A DNA stretch of 64,000 bases, from the NCBI GenBank assembly GCA_964534905.1, contig CAZHPZ010000002.1:3745-67744 (forward strand), given 5' to 3'. Below, in pieces: positions 16,800-28,098 of this stretch. Within the stretch, counting starts at the first letter, position 1. Each line of letters starts with the position of its first letter. The position numbers and the translations under genes were made by a program. Under the pieces are notes generated by a model that had not been told where the DNA came from, searched no databases, and was given only the letters and a program-made list of their open reading frames with translations. Source of the DNA: an uncultured Lachnospiraceae bacterium (GTDB lineage: Bacteria > Bacillota > Clostridia > Oscillospirales > CAG-272).

Positions 16800-17898
16800 A
16801 GCAAAGAACAAAATACCACGTGTATCGATAATTCTTTTGATAATTGCAGCCATATCGGCTTTGATCTACGTAATTTCCATGATATCGGAGAGTTTTGCCG
16901 ATTTTTTCAACGGTAAAATATCCACCGTCACAAGAGCTGTTCTTGCTTATATTACTAATATTCTTCCGTTTTCACTGGCGGAAATGCTTATAATTGCATT
17001 ACCGCTTATAATGTTCTTAGTCATTAGATATGCCATTAAAAAATACAGCGATTCCTGGCGTGATGTCGGTATATTCTGCGTAAATGCGGTAGCCATTCTC
17101 TCAATTATGTTCAGCGTTTTCGTATTTTCCTTCGGAACGGGATATTATACATCAACGCTTGACAAAAAGCTTTCTCTTGAAAGGAACGAAATCTCCGCAA
17201 AGGGTCTTTCAAGCACCGCAAAATGGTTAATTGAGCACATAAACGATGAGATCGACTGCGCCGAGTTTGACGAAAGCGGTTCATCGGTAATGCCATATTC
17301 AATTCGGGAAATGAATGAAATATTACTTACGGACTACGAAAGTATCAGTAAAAAATATGATTTTATTCCGACTCTCAAGTCATATGTAAAGCCCGTTCTC
17401 TTAAGCCAGCCGTTAACATACACTCATATATCCGGAGTTTATACCTATATTACAGGTGAGGCGAATGTAAACACAAACTGCCCGGATTATTCTATGCCAT
17501 ATACTGCGGCTCACGAGCTTGCTCATCAAAGAGGGATAGCACGCGAGGACGAGGCTAATTTTGTCGCTTTTTTGGTATGTATGCAGAGCAGCGACGCTTA
17601 TATCAGATATTGCGGATATCTCAATCTTTGCGAATATGTATTGAATGCATTATATTCCGCCGACAAAGAGCTGTGGGAGAGCACATACCGTAATCTTGAC
17701 AGCCGTGCTCTGCGCGAAATGAACGCATACAGCGAATTTTACGCTCCCTACCGTGACAATGTAATCGGAGATATTAGCGGAGCTATAAATGACGCATACC
17801 TGCAGGCTAACGGCACGGCGGGAACAAAAAGCTACGGACTTGTCGTGGATCTTGCGGTTGCATATTTTTATACGAATATCGACAATTCGGCGTCATAA
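16789..17898 (+). CDS. DUF3810-type membrane-anchored putative zinc metallopeptidase
   Basis: N-terminal TM helices are present. GEANVNTNCPDYSMPYTAAHELAHQRGIAREDEANFVAFLVC has a HExxH motif and a downstream Glu. The gene overlaps the upstream gene by 11 nt. Confidence 0.75.
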   Translation: MENKAKNKIPRVSIILLIIAAISALIYVISMISESFADFFNGKISTVTRAVLAYITNILPFSLAEMLIIALPLIMFLVIRYAIKKYSDSWRDVGIFCVNAVAILSIMFSVFVFSFGTGYYTSTLDKKLSLERNEISAKGLSSTAKWLIEHINDEIDCAEFDESGSSVMPYSIREMNEILLTDYESISKKYDFIPTLKSYVKPVLLSQPLTYTHISGVYTYITGEANVNTNCPDYSMPYTAAHELAHQRGIAREDEANFVAFLVCMQSSDAYIRYCGYLNLCEYVLNALYSADKELWESTYRNLDSRALREMNAYSEFYAPYRDNVIGDISGAINDAYLQANGTAGTKSYGLVVDLAVAYFYTNIDNSAS

Positions 17899-18000
17899 AA
17901 TTTATAAATAATCAAAAAAGCTATTCCATTTTCGGCAGTTGTATGATATACTGTTAATATACAAGATGAACTGCCAAATACTTTGTGTGGAGATTTACAT

Positions 18001-19278
18001 ATGGAAAAAATTATTATAAAAGGCGGAAATCCGTTAAACGGCGACGTGTTTATCAGTGGAATGAAAAACGCGGCACTTCCCATAATTTTCGCTACTGTTC
18101 TTACAGCTGACAAGTGCGTGATAGAAAATATCCCTCGTGTAAGCGATATTACAATGTCGTTTGAAATTCTGCGCGCTATGGGAGCAACGGTAAATTATCT
18201 CGACGAAACGACCGCCGAAATAGATACGTCATCCCTCAAGGGCGGATGCTCTCCCTATGACCTTGTATCGCGTATGCGCGGATCAACATATCTTTTGGGT
18301 GCTGAGCTCGGCCGCTTCCACCATTCCAAGGTAGGCTTTCCCGGAGGCTGTAATTTTGGAAAGCGTCCGATAGATATGCACATAAAGGGATTTGAGACTC
18401 TCGGAGCCGCCGTTACTCAGGACAATGAATATGTCTATGCCGACGCGGAAAACGGACTCGTCGGAGGTCATATCTATTTTGATGTAGTATCCGTTGGCGC
18501 AACCGTAAATATTATGCTTGCCGCAACGCTTGCCGAGGGTACCACGATTATTGAAAATGTAGCAAGAGAGCCGCACATCGTCGATCTTGCAAACTTTCTT
18601 AACACCTGTGGCGCTGACATAAAGGGCGCGGGTACCGGAATAATTAAAATAAACGGAGTCAAAAAGCTTCACGGATGCACATACGATATCATTCCCGATA
18701 TGATAGAAGCCGGAACATATATGACCGCCGTCGCCGCAACCGGCGGAGAGGTAAACATACGCAATATCATTCCCAAGCATCTTGAAATAATATCCACAAA
18801 GCTTGTCGAAATGGGAGTTGAGGTAATTCCCTTTGATGATTATATTACGGTAAAATCCACGGGTGAGCTTAAGCCAACAAATATTCAAACTCTTCCCTAT
18901 CCCGGATTTCCCACTGATATGCACCCTCAATTTTCAACTCTGCTTTCCATTGCCGACGGCAAAAGCACGGTTCACGAAACAATATGGCCCAACCGCTTTC
19001 AATACATTCGCGAGCTTAAAAAAATGGGGGCGAATATTGAGGTTTGTGAGCCTATGGCTTACTTTAACGGCGTTAAAAAGCTTCATGGCGCATCACTCTG
19101 CTCTGTCGATCTCAGAGCGGGTGCGGCTATAATCATTGCCGGGCTTTGTTCAGAGGGAAAAACCGAAATAACCGATATATACACAATAGAAAGAGGATAT
19201 CTTGACATTGTCGGAAAGCTCAAAAGCCTCGGAGCCGATATCGTAAAGATATATACAGACGAAAACAGCTTTGCATAA
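18001..19278 (+). CDS. murA: UDP-N-acetylglucosamine 1-carboxyvinyltransferase
   Basis: MEKIIIKGGNPLNGDV.ISG.KNAALPI..A..L, KRPIDMH and the active-site loop GGCNFGKRP match MurA. The start was chosen at ATG 18001. Confidence 0.93.
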   Translation: MEKIIIKGGNPLNGDVFISGMKNAALPIIFATVLTADKCVIENIPRVSDITMSFEILRAMGATVNYLDETTAEIDTSSLKGGCSPYDLVSRMRGSTYLLGAELGRFHHSKVGFPGGCNFGKRPIDMHIKGFETLGAAVTQDNEYVYADAENGLVGGHIYFDVVSVGATVNIMLAATLAEGTTIIENVAREPHIVDLANFLNTCGADIKGAGTGIIKINGVKKLHGCTYDIIPDMIEAGTYMTAVAATGGEVNIRNIIPKHLEIISTKLVEMGVEVIPFDDYITVKSTGELKPTNIQTLPYPGFPTDMHPQFSTLLSIADGKSTVHETIWPNRFQYIRELKKMGANIEVCEPMAYFNGVKKLHGASLCSVDLRAGAAIIIAGLCSEGKTEITDIYTIERGYLDIVGKLKSLGADIVKIYTDENSFA

Positions 19279-19283
19279 ATTTT

Positions 19284-19320
19284 AAAACGGTCTGATTTTT
19301 TACAAAATCAGACCGTTTTA
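19284..19320 (+). terminator. intrinsic terminator after murA
   Basis: AAAACGGTCTGATTTT-TTAC-AAAATCAGACCGTTTT, a 16-bp perfect stem. Confidence 0.7.
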
Positions 19321-19332
19321 GCCTTATTTATG

Positions 19333-19361
19333 TTGACTTTTACAGCAAATTGTGATAAAAT
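19333..19361 (+). promoter_or_regulatory. sigma-A promoter (TTGACT-17-TAAAAT with an extended TG)
   Basis: TTGACT tttacagcaaattgTGa TAAAAT. Confidence 0.5.
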
Positions 19362-19425
19362 AAACAATTGCAGAGTTATATGTCTTCATATACACTTTAT
19401 ATAAAAAATCACAGGAGTTCACAAA

Positions 19426-20001
19426 ATGAAAAGACTTATTTTAGTTACATCACCGCCTGCTTCGGGCAAAACATACGTTTCACAGCAGCTTGCAAAAAAG
19501 CTTCCTCACATCGTTTATCTCGATAAGGACGCACTTATTCCCCTTTCAAAGAGAATATTCCTTGTTGCAGGTGAGGAAATAAACCGTTCCTCGGATTTCT
19601 TTGAGGACAATATCAGAAACTTCGAATACGAAGCAATTCTCGACATTGCTTTTGAAGCTCTTGAATACGAGGACCTTGTTCTTGTCAATGCTCCCTTTAC
19701 AAGAGAAGTAAGAGACAACGCTTACATATCCGACCTTAAGTCCAAGCTTGCCGAAAAAGGCGCAGAGCTTGTTGTTATTTGGGTAGAGACAGATGTTGAA
19801 ATAACACGTCAGCGCATGATCGAAAGGAACTCACCGAGAGACACATGGAAGCTCGAGCATTGGGACGAATACGTTGCGGGCAGAGATTACTCTACCCCCT
19901 CCATTCCCGCACTTTCGGATTGCCTCGTTAAATTTTACAATTCAAGCAGCGAAGAATTCGAGCAATCTATGAAGGATATATCCGAATATCTTCTCAAATA
20001 A
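19426..20001 (+). CDS. small P-loop kinase/AAA-type ATPase of unknown substrate
   Basis: Walker A is TSPPASGKTYV. It is 191 aa with a nucleoside/nucleotide-kinase-like layout. RBS is AGGAG. Confidence 0.7.
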   Translation: MKRLILVTSPPASGKTYVSQQLAKKLPHIVYLDKDALIPLSKRIFLVAGEEINRSSDFFEDNIRNFEYEAILDIAFEALEYEDLVLVNAPFTREVRDNAYISDLKSKLAEKGAELVVIWVETDVEITRQRMIERNSPRDTWKLEHWDEYVAGRDYSTPSIPALSDCLVKFYNSSSEEFEQSMKDISEYLLK

Positions 20002-22029
<2,028 letters not shown>

Positions 22030-22596
22030 TTAAAGTAGCCCCGTGTATTGCAGTATACCGTTATAAATACCCTCTGCAAACAGCTCGGGGCTATTGCTCA
22101 TAAGGGCTGCATCCGATGCGTTCGAAATAAAGCCCATTTCGACAAGCACCGCCGGCATCACGGTTTTTCGCAAAACATATAGTCCCGGTCGTTCCACTAT
22201 ACCGCGGTTACGTAGCCCCGTTTCTCTATTCAACCAAAGCAATATATCCTCGCCAAGCTCCGAGGCCACACTCGGCTCACGGTATACGAGCACCTCGCTT
22301 CCGGACACCGAGGAATTAGTTGACGCATTTGTATGTAGGCTTACAAAATAGTCGGCTTCGAAGGCATTTGCGGCGTCCACGCGTGCACGCAGGCTGGTGG
22401 CATTAGTTGTTCCGAGACTTGACTCGGGAGTCGGACGTGACAGACGCACATCAAACTCCTCCCTGCTTCTCAGTAAAGAGGCAAGTAATATACCGACCTC
22501 ATATGTTATGTCCTGCTCAACAAAGCCGTTTCCCTCTGCACCCGCATTGGGCGACGAAGGATTATGTCCCTGGTCAATATAAATTTTTATTGCCAT
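22030..22596 (-). CDS. N-acetylmuramoyl-L-alanine amidase (Amidase_3 family), catalytic domain only
   Basis: IYIDQGHNP...GAEG, SLHTNA and PAVLVEMGFISN are present. I saw no signal peptide, TM segment or wall-binding domain. Its stop codon abuts the ligA stop codon. Confidence 0.85.
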   Translation of the reverse strand: MAIKIYIDQGHNPSSPNAGAEGNGFVEQDITYEVGILLASLLRSREEFDVRLSRPTPESSLGTTNATSLRARVDAANAFEADYFVSLHTNASTNSSVSGSEVLVYREPSVASELGEDILLWLNRETGLRNRGIVERPGLYVLRKTVMPAVLVEMGFISNASDAALMSNSPELFAEGIYNGILQYTGLL

Positions 22597-22667
22597 ATTT
22601 ACCCCCATAAAATACAGTTATAATATCATCATATGTTAGATTATCAAAATTGTGAAAGGAGTACAGT

Positions 22668-23543
22668 ATGAACGACGCTTATAACGAAAAAAACAAAATC
22701 GAAAAAGGTATGCTCTATCTTGTTGCCACACCGATCGGAAATCTTTCCGATATTTCGGAGCGTGCCGTCAAGGTATTGTCGGAGGTCGATTTTGTTGCCG
22801 CCGAGGATACGAGAAATTCCGCAAAGCTCCTTTCCTGTCTCGGCATAAGCAAGCCGATGGTATCTTATTTTGAGCATAACAAGCGAGAAAGGGGTCAACA
22901 AATAATCGAACGCTTACGGGACGGAGAATCCTGTGCTCTCATTACCGATGCAGGCACTCCCGCTATCAGCGACCCCGGAGAGGATATGGTTGCACTCTGC
23001 GCCGAATCGGGCATACCGGTGACATCTATTCCCGGCGCCTGCGCCGGAATAGTTGCTCTCACTCTTTCCGCACTTCCGACAAAAAGATTTTGCTTTGAGG
23101 GATTTCTCTCCGCCAACAAGGGTGAGCGCAGAGCAAGGCTTTCGGAGCTTGAGGGCGAGCAAAGAACTATGATATTTCACGAGGCTCCGCACAAGCTGCG
23201 AACGACGCTTGACGATATGAGCGTTGCCTTCGGTCCCGACAGAAGAATTTCTCTGTGCCGAGAAATAACGAAGAAAAACGAAGAAATAATACGCACTACC
23301 CTCTCCGCAGCGGTTGAGTACTACAAGGAAAACGAGCCGCGAGGAGAATATGTTCTCGTGCTTGAGGGAGCGATATCCGCACCCAAGGAAGAAGCCTTTT
23401 GGGCAGATATGACCATAGGGGAGCACGTTAAATTCTATACGAATACAGGTCTTTCAAAAATGGATGCAATAAAGTCCTGTGCCAAGGACAGAGGCGTACA
23501 CAAGAGCATAATATATAAAGAGATTTGCAGTCAGGAGAGTTAA
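22668..23543 (+). CDS. rsmI: 16S rRNA (cytidine1402-2'-O)-methyltransferase
   Basis: LYLVATPIGNLSDIS.RA...L..VD.VAAEDTR and ALITDAGTPAISDPG are present. Confidence 0.92.
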   Translation: MNDAYNEKNKIEKGMLYLVATPIGNLSDISERAVKVLSEVDFVAAEDTRNSAKLLSCLGISKPMVSYFEHNKRERGQQIIERLRDGESCALITDAGTPAISDPGEDMVALCAESGIPVTSIPGACAGIVALTLSALPTKRFCFEGFLSANKGERRARLSELEGEQRTMIFHEAPHKLRTTLDDMSVAFGPDRRISLCREITKKNEEIIRTTLSAAVEYYKENEPRGEYVLVLEGAISAPKEEAFWADMTIGEHVKFYTNTGLSKMDAIKSCAKDRGVHKSIIYKEICSQES

Positions 23544-23544
23544 T

Positions 23545-24618
23545 ATGAAGACAAGAGTTGGAATAGTAGGAGCAACGGGAATGGTAGGTCAGCGCTTTTT
23601 AACGTTGCTTGAGAATCATCCGTATTTTGAGGTAACGGCACTTGCGGCATCCAAAAGGAGCGCAGGAAAAAAATATGCCGATGCCGTAGGCTCACGCTGG
23701 AAGATGAGCACTCCGATCCCAGAAGCATTCGGAAAAATGGTTATTATTGACGCCGGAGATATTGACACAATGTCAAAGCTTGTAGACTTTGTTTTTTGTG
23801 CCGTTGATATGAAGCGTGACGAAATACTCGCACTTGAGGAATCATATGCAAAGGCGGAGATTCCCGTCGTTTCCAACAATTCGGCAAACAGATTTACGCC
23901 CGACGTGCCTATGGTCATACCGGAAGTAAATCCCGAGCATCTCGAAATAATAGCAAAGCAAAAGGAGCGCCTCGGAACAAAACGCGGTTTTATTGCCGTT
24001 AAGCCGAACTGCTCAATTCAGTCATACGTTCCCGCACTTACTCCCCTGCTTAAATTTGAGCCTTACGAAATAGTTGCAACAACATACCAAGCAATATCGG
24101 GTGCCGGAAAAACCTTTTCGGAATGGCCCGAGATGGTGGACAATGTTATTCCGTTTATCGGCGGTGAGGAGGAGAAAAGCGAGCAGGAGCCTCTTAAGGT
24201 TTGGGGCAAAATAGAAAGCGGTGCTATCGTAAAGGCTTCCGAGCCGATAATCACAACACAATGTATACGTGTACCCGTCAGCGACGGTCACACGGCAGCC
24301 GTGTTCGTAAAATTCAGAAAAAAACCGACAAAGGAAGAAATTTTGGAAGCTTGGCAAAATTACCGCGGACTTCCCCAGGAGCTTTCCTTGCCGCACGCTC
24401 CGAAACAGTTTATAACTTATTTTGAGGAAGAATGTCGCCCTCAGGCAAGGCTCGACCGTGATATATACCGCGGAATGGGAGTTTGCGTCGGCAGACTTCG
24501 CCCCGACAGCATTTACGATTATAAATTCATAGGTCTTTCCCACAACACGCTTCGCGGTGCGGCAGGCGGTGCCGTTCTTATCGCAGAGCTTCTCTATAAA
24601 AAAGGTTATTTTGATTAA
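23545..24618 (+). CDS. asd: aspartate-semialdehyde dehydrogenase
   Basis: The N-terminus VGIVGATGMVGQRF carries the Rossmann motif. The active-site Cys lies in KPNCSIQ. The C-terminal motif is GLSHNTLRGAAGGAV. Confidence 0.9.
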   Translation: MKTRVGIVGATGMVGQRFLTLLENHPYFEVTALAASKRSAGKKYADAVGSRWKMSTPIPEAFGKMVIIDAGDIDTMSKLVDFVFCAVDMKRDEILALEESYAKAEIPVVSNNSANRFTPDVPMVIPEVNPEHLEIIAKQKERLGTKRGFIAVKPNCSIQSYVPALTPLLKFEPYEIVATTYQAISGAGKTFSEWPEMVDNVIPFIGGEEEKSEQEPLKVWGKIESGAIVKASEPIITTQCIRVPVSDGHTAAVFVKFRKKPTKEEILEAWQNYRGLPQELSLPHAPKQFITYFEEECRPQARLDRDIYRGMGVCVGRLRPDSIYDYKFIGLSHNTLRGAAGGAVLIAELLYKKGYFD

Positions 24619-24630
24619 AGAGGTTGTTTT

Positions 24631-24882
24631 ATGACTTTAAAATTAGTTATAGACAGATTTGAAGAAGATATCGCGGTATGTCTCGATGACAATGACAAAA
24701 GATACCATATACCGAGAGATATTTTAAAGAATATGAAAGTCAATGATATCTTTACCGTCGAACTCGACGGCAGTATTTTTCATACGCCAGTTTTTCTCAC
24801 CGAAGAAACCGAAGCAACTAAAGCCGAGGTACATCAAAAAATGAACAGGCTTTTCAAAAAGCATTCCGAAAAAGAGGCATAA
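24631..24882 (+). CDS. DUF3006-like small protein
   Basis: LVIDRFEEDIAVCLDDNDKRYHIPRDIL fits the DUF3006 pattern (IDRxEgdxAV). It is tightly linked to the flanking genes. Confidence 0.6.
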   Translation: MTLKLVIDRFEEDIAVCLDDNDKRYHIPRDILKNMKVNDIFTVELDGSIFHTPVFLTEETEATKAEVHQKMNRLFKKHSEKEA

Positions 24883-24884
24883 TA

Positions 24885-26060
24885 ATGACAGTTTACAATG
24901 AAAAAATATCGAATTTTGTCGAAATTATTATTTCGGCATCAGAATCTCGGATAATAAAAAAAGCCGTATGCTCAAAATCGCTTGACAAGAGCATAGTCAA
25001 AACGGTATTAACCCTTAAATCCATCTCGGGAAAGATTTGCCTTCAAGCCGAAAGCTTTCACGCAGATAACAAGGCAACGCATAAAAACATCTTTTTGTCG
25101 GATTCTGCCACGGATGATCTCTGCGCACTTATAAACTCATATATGCAGGTAAATCTTATCACAACTCTGGGCGAATGCGAGCTTAAAAGGTCAAAATCCG
25201 ACAAAATAACGCTTATAGGCTGTGAGGTGCTGAAAAAGAAAATATCAGAATCCGATAATGCACCGAAATTAGAAATCAAAAGCAACAATAACAAGAAAAA
25301 TTACATTATAAGCCCAGACGCTCCCTTTCTCAAGTATCTCGGCGTAAGTGACGCAAGCGGAAGAATTCACGATAAAAAGCAGTCCAAATACCGTCAGATA
25401 AACAAATTCGTTGAAAACGTGCGTGATATATACGAGTATTTGCCCAAGGAGGGCACCGTCGTTGTATACGACCTGTGTTGCGGAAAGAGCTATCTTTCCT
25501 TTGCGGTATATCATTATTTGAACAAAATAATGAACAGAGACGTTAAAATGCACGGCGTCGACTTGAAGAGCGATGTTATAGAATACTGTAACGGTGTTGC
25601 AAAAGAAGTCGGATTTGACGGTCTTAAGTTCTTTTGCGGAGACATAACGGAATACAAATGTGAGGAAAAGCCAGATCTTGTAATTTCCCTGCACGCTTGC
25701 GATATAGCAACCGATATAGTTCTTGAAAAGGCGGTTTCGGAAAATGCACGCGTCATTCTTTCAACTCCGTGCTGTCATCACGAGCTCAATCACAAGATAT
25801 CCTGCAAGTCGCTTTCCTTTATCACAGAGCATTCAATGCTACGTCAAAAGCTGTGTGATGCTGCCACAGATGCACTCAGGCTCAAAATGCTTGAGGCAAA
25901 TAACTATTCCTGTGCAGCTCTTGAGTTGATTGACCCCGAGGAAACTCCTAAAAACATACTTCTCCGTGCCATAAAGCGCCCCAATACGCCTACCAATCTC
26001 AAACGCTGTGAAATTGCAATGCAGGAATATGAGCAAGCAAGGAAATTTCTGCTCGGCTGA
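24885..26060 (+). CDS. class I SAM-dependent methyltransferase with a ~170-aa N-terminal domain of unknown function
   Basis: Motif I is VVVYDLCCGKSYLS. Also present are GVDLKSD...FFCGDI and PDLVISLHACDIATD (Methyltransf_32-like). Confidence 0.8.
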   Translation: MTVYNEKISNFVEIIISASESRIIKKAVCSKSLDKSIVKTVLTLKSISGKICLQAESFHADNKATHKNIFLSDSATDDLCALINSYMQVNLITTLGECELKRSKSDKITLIGCEVLKKKISESDNAPKLEIKSNNNKKNYIISPDAPFLKYLGVSDASGRIHDKKQSKYRQINKFVENVRDIYEYLPKEGTVVVYDLCCGKSYLSFAVYHYLNKIMNRDVKMHGVDLKSDVIEYCNGVAKEVGFDGLKFFCGDITEYKCEEKPDLVISLHACDIATDIVLEKAVSENARVILSTPCCHHELNHKISCKSLSFITEHSMLRQKLCDAATDALRLKMLEANNYSCAALELIDPEETPKNILLRAIKRPNTPTNLKRCEIAMQEYEQARKFLLG

Positions 26061-26065
26061 GATAT

Positions 26066-27030
26066 ATGCTGTACAAAAATCTGAAAAAGTATCTCAATGA
26101 GAATACAGGCACGGATAATTACACCGCACTTGCTCTTATTCCGAGAAAAATAGGATCAAAATTAATATTTTTTGTCGGTGACAGAGCGCCTAACACCTCT
26201 GCCTTTATGTCGTCGATAATGGCGAGAGAAGGCATATCACACACAAGATATATAAATTCGGATATTATCGAATGCAAGGATCGATATCTGCAAAACGGAA
26301 AGCAAATTTATATAAGCGAAATCTGTCATGAATATCAATACGTCGCAAAAAAGACAAAACGTTCGATATCGGGAGATTGGACATTGCTCTCCGTGCACTG
26401 CGGTGCAAGGAAGAATATATGCTTCTTGACGTGACAAACGATATATACGAGGTCTTGATAAAGAATTCAAGCCTTAAGCCGTTTTCCGTTATATTCTGCA
26501 ATTCATCCGACGAGGATAACGAAAAACTTATTTCAATTACTCCAAGCGGTGTCGGTAAAATAGTCTCGCTCTCTCAAAGGGATAATTACGACTATATTTC
26601 AAGTGCAAAAAATCCGAGCGGCGTTCACTTGAGTTACTCGTCGCCGAATAAATTTATCGTTTTTCACGGCGACACGTATCATACCGAATTTTTTCGTTAC
26701 GATGAATTATATACCATTCCCTCCGTTGATACAAGCAATATAGAGCTTGCCTGCCTTGCAATCGAAGCGGCAAATGTAATCTTTCACATATCCTATCCCT
26801 ACATATACCAAGGGCTTGAAAGATCGAATCCGATATACGGCGTAAAATGCCATCATTCGGAACCATGCGTATTTTTCAAGATCGGCAGTGGAGAATATAA
26901 GCTTCATCCGCATATTAAGCCCGAGATCGTATACGAAAAGGATTTTAGAGGCGAGCGACCGAAATGCCCCACCCTGTACATAGGCTCGAATGCTTTTTAC
27001 GACGAGGTAAAAAAGATACTGAAAACATAA
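26066..27030 (+). pseudogene. FolC/Mur-ligase-like gene with a degenerate P-loop, split by a 1-nt frameshift near the A-run at 26347-26352
   Basis: ORFs 26066-26434 and 26377-27030 overlap in different frames. Adding one A to the A6 run gives the continuous ...YQYVAKKDKTFDIGRLDIALRAL.... The layout is collinear with FolC (IFFVGDRAPNTSAFMSSIMAREG vs VAGTNGKGS; YLQNGKQI; NIELACLAIEAA vs QxxNAxxA). The Walker-type GTNGKGS is lost. Confidence 0.45.
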
Positions 27031-27067
27031 AAAAGCAACTGTAAAACAAAATTACAGTTGCTTTTTT
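27031..27067. terminator. bidirectional terminator
   Basis: AAAAGCAACTGTAA / TTACAGTTGCTTTT forms a 14-bp stem, flanked by A/T runs, between convergent genes. Confidence 0.7.
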
Positions 27068-28075
27068 CTATTTAAGTGCAAGCGCTATGAGCTTCAGACA
27101 AAGAGAGTTATAATCTATTCCGCTTGCCTGAGCCTCTTGAGGAAGCAAGCTTGTGGGAGTCATACCCGGAAGTGCATTTGCCTCCAAAAAGTAAAATTCG
27201 CCGTCCTCACCGAGAATAAAATCTATTCTCGAATATGAGCCGAGTCGAAGAACTCTGTGCGCACGCTCGGCAAGCTTGCAAAGCCTTGCCGTTTGATCCG
27301 ATTCCAGCGGAGCGGGACATATTTCCCTTGCAAGACCTGCCTGATATTTGACCTTATAGTTATAAAAATCACCGGTTGCGATTATTTCTATTGGCGGCAA
27401 AGCTTCACCGTTGATTATTCCGACTGAGAATTCTCTGCCCTTGACCTGTCTTTCTATAAGAATATTATTCGAATATTTTTCCGCCTCATCAAGTGCTTCG
27501 TTAAGATCGCTCTCGCCCAAAACTCTTGTAACACCGACACTTGAGCCGTTATCCGCAGGCTTTACAAAGCAAGGTATAAGCGAGCGAAGCTCTTCTCTGT
27601 CGCTCTTATTGGTGAGCCACTGCGCTGTCGGTATACCGGCATTCGCTATCAGCTCCTTGGAAATAATCTTATCCATAGATATTGCACACGCAAGTGACGA
27701 GCTGCCTGTAAATTTAATGCCGTTCATTTCAAGCAGAGCCTGAAGCTTTCCGTTTTCTCCGACGCCTCCATGCAATGCAAGAAACGTAACATCTGCCATT
27801 TTACAGAATTCGATTACGTTTTTACCTACCGGATTACTTATACCTCCATTGCTTTTTATAATTTCTTCAAGATTAGGTGCAGTCTCCGATATCTTATAGC
27901 TATATTTACGGGGCTCGCCCGAAAAATTCATATCATTGCGTTCAATTCCGTAATAAAGGTCGACCAGAACAGCTCTGTGACCGCATTGTGCAAGTGCATT
28001 TGCAATCAAAGATCCGGAAGCGAGAGAAACGTCTCTCTCCATACTAAGTCCGCCTGCCAAAACAACTATATTCAT
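27068..28075 (-). CDS. ddl: D-alanine--D-alanine ligase
   Basis: VLAGGLSMERDVSLASG, LHGGVGENGKLQALLE, an ATP-grasp body and the C-terminal LEANALPGMT are present. Confidence 0.93.
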   Translation of the reverse strand: MNIVVLAGGLSMERDVSLASGSLIANALAQCGHRAVLVDLYYGIERNDMNFSGEPRKYSYKISETAPNLEEIIKSNGGISNPVGKNVIEFCKMADVTFLALHGGVGENGKLQALLEMNGIKFTGSSSLACAISMDKIISKELIANAGIPTAQWLTNKSDREELRSLIPCFVKPADNGSSVGVTRVLGESDLNEALDEAEKYSNNILIERQVKGREFSVGIINGEALPPIEIIATGDFYNYKVKYQAGLAREICPAPLESDQTARLCKLAERAHRVLRLGSYSRIDFILGEDGEFYFLEANALPGMTPTSLLPQEAQASGIDYNSLCLKLIALALK

Positions 28076-28098
28076 TAAAATGACCTCTTTTCAGTATA

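Noticed and set aside
18283-18930. 215-aa ORF antisense to murA. Similar shadow ORFs are 28339-29163 in sdaA, 40768-41529 in pepT, 51217-51945 in pilB, 50488-51093 in the ATPase gene, 46460-47143 over the E2-like gene, 14215-14916 over rqcH/SLH and 59865-60476 in the ABC gene.
   Set aside because: All are fully or almost fully nested opposite strongly supported genes. None has a credible RBS or start context, and none shows a recognisable motif.
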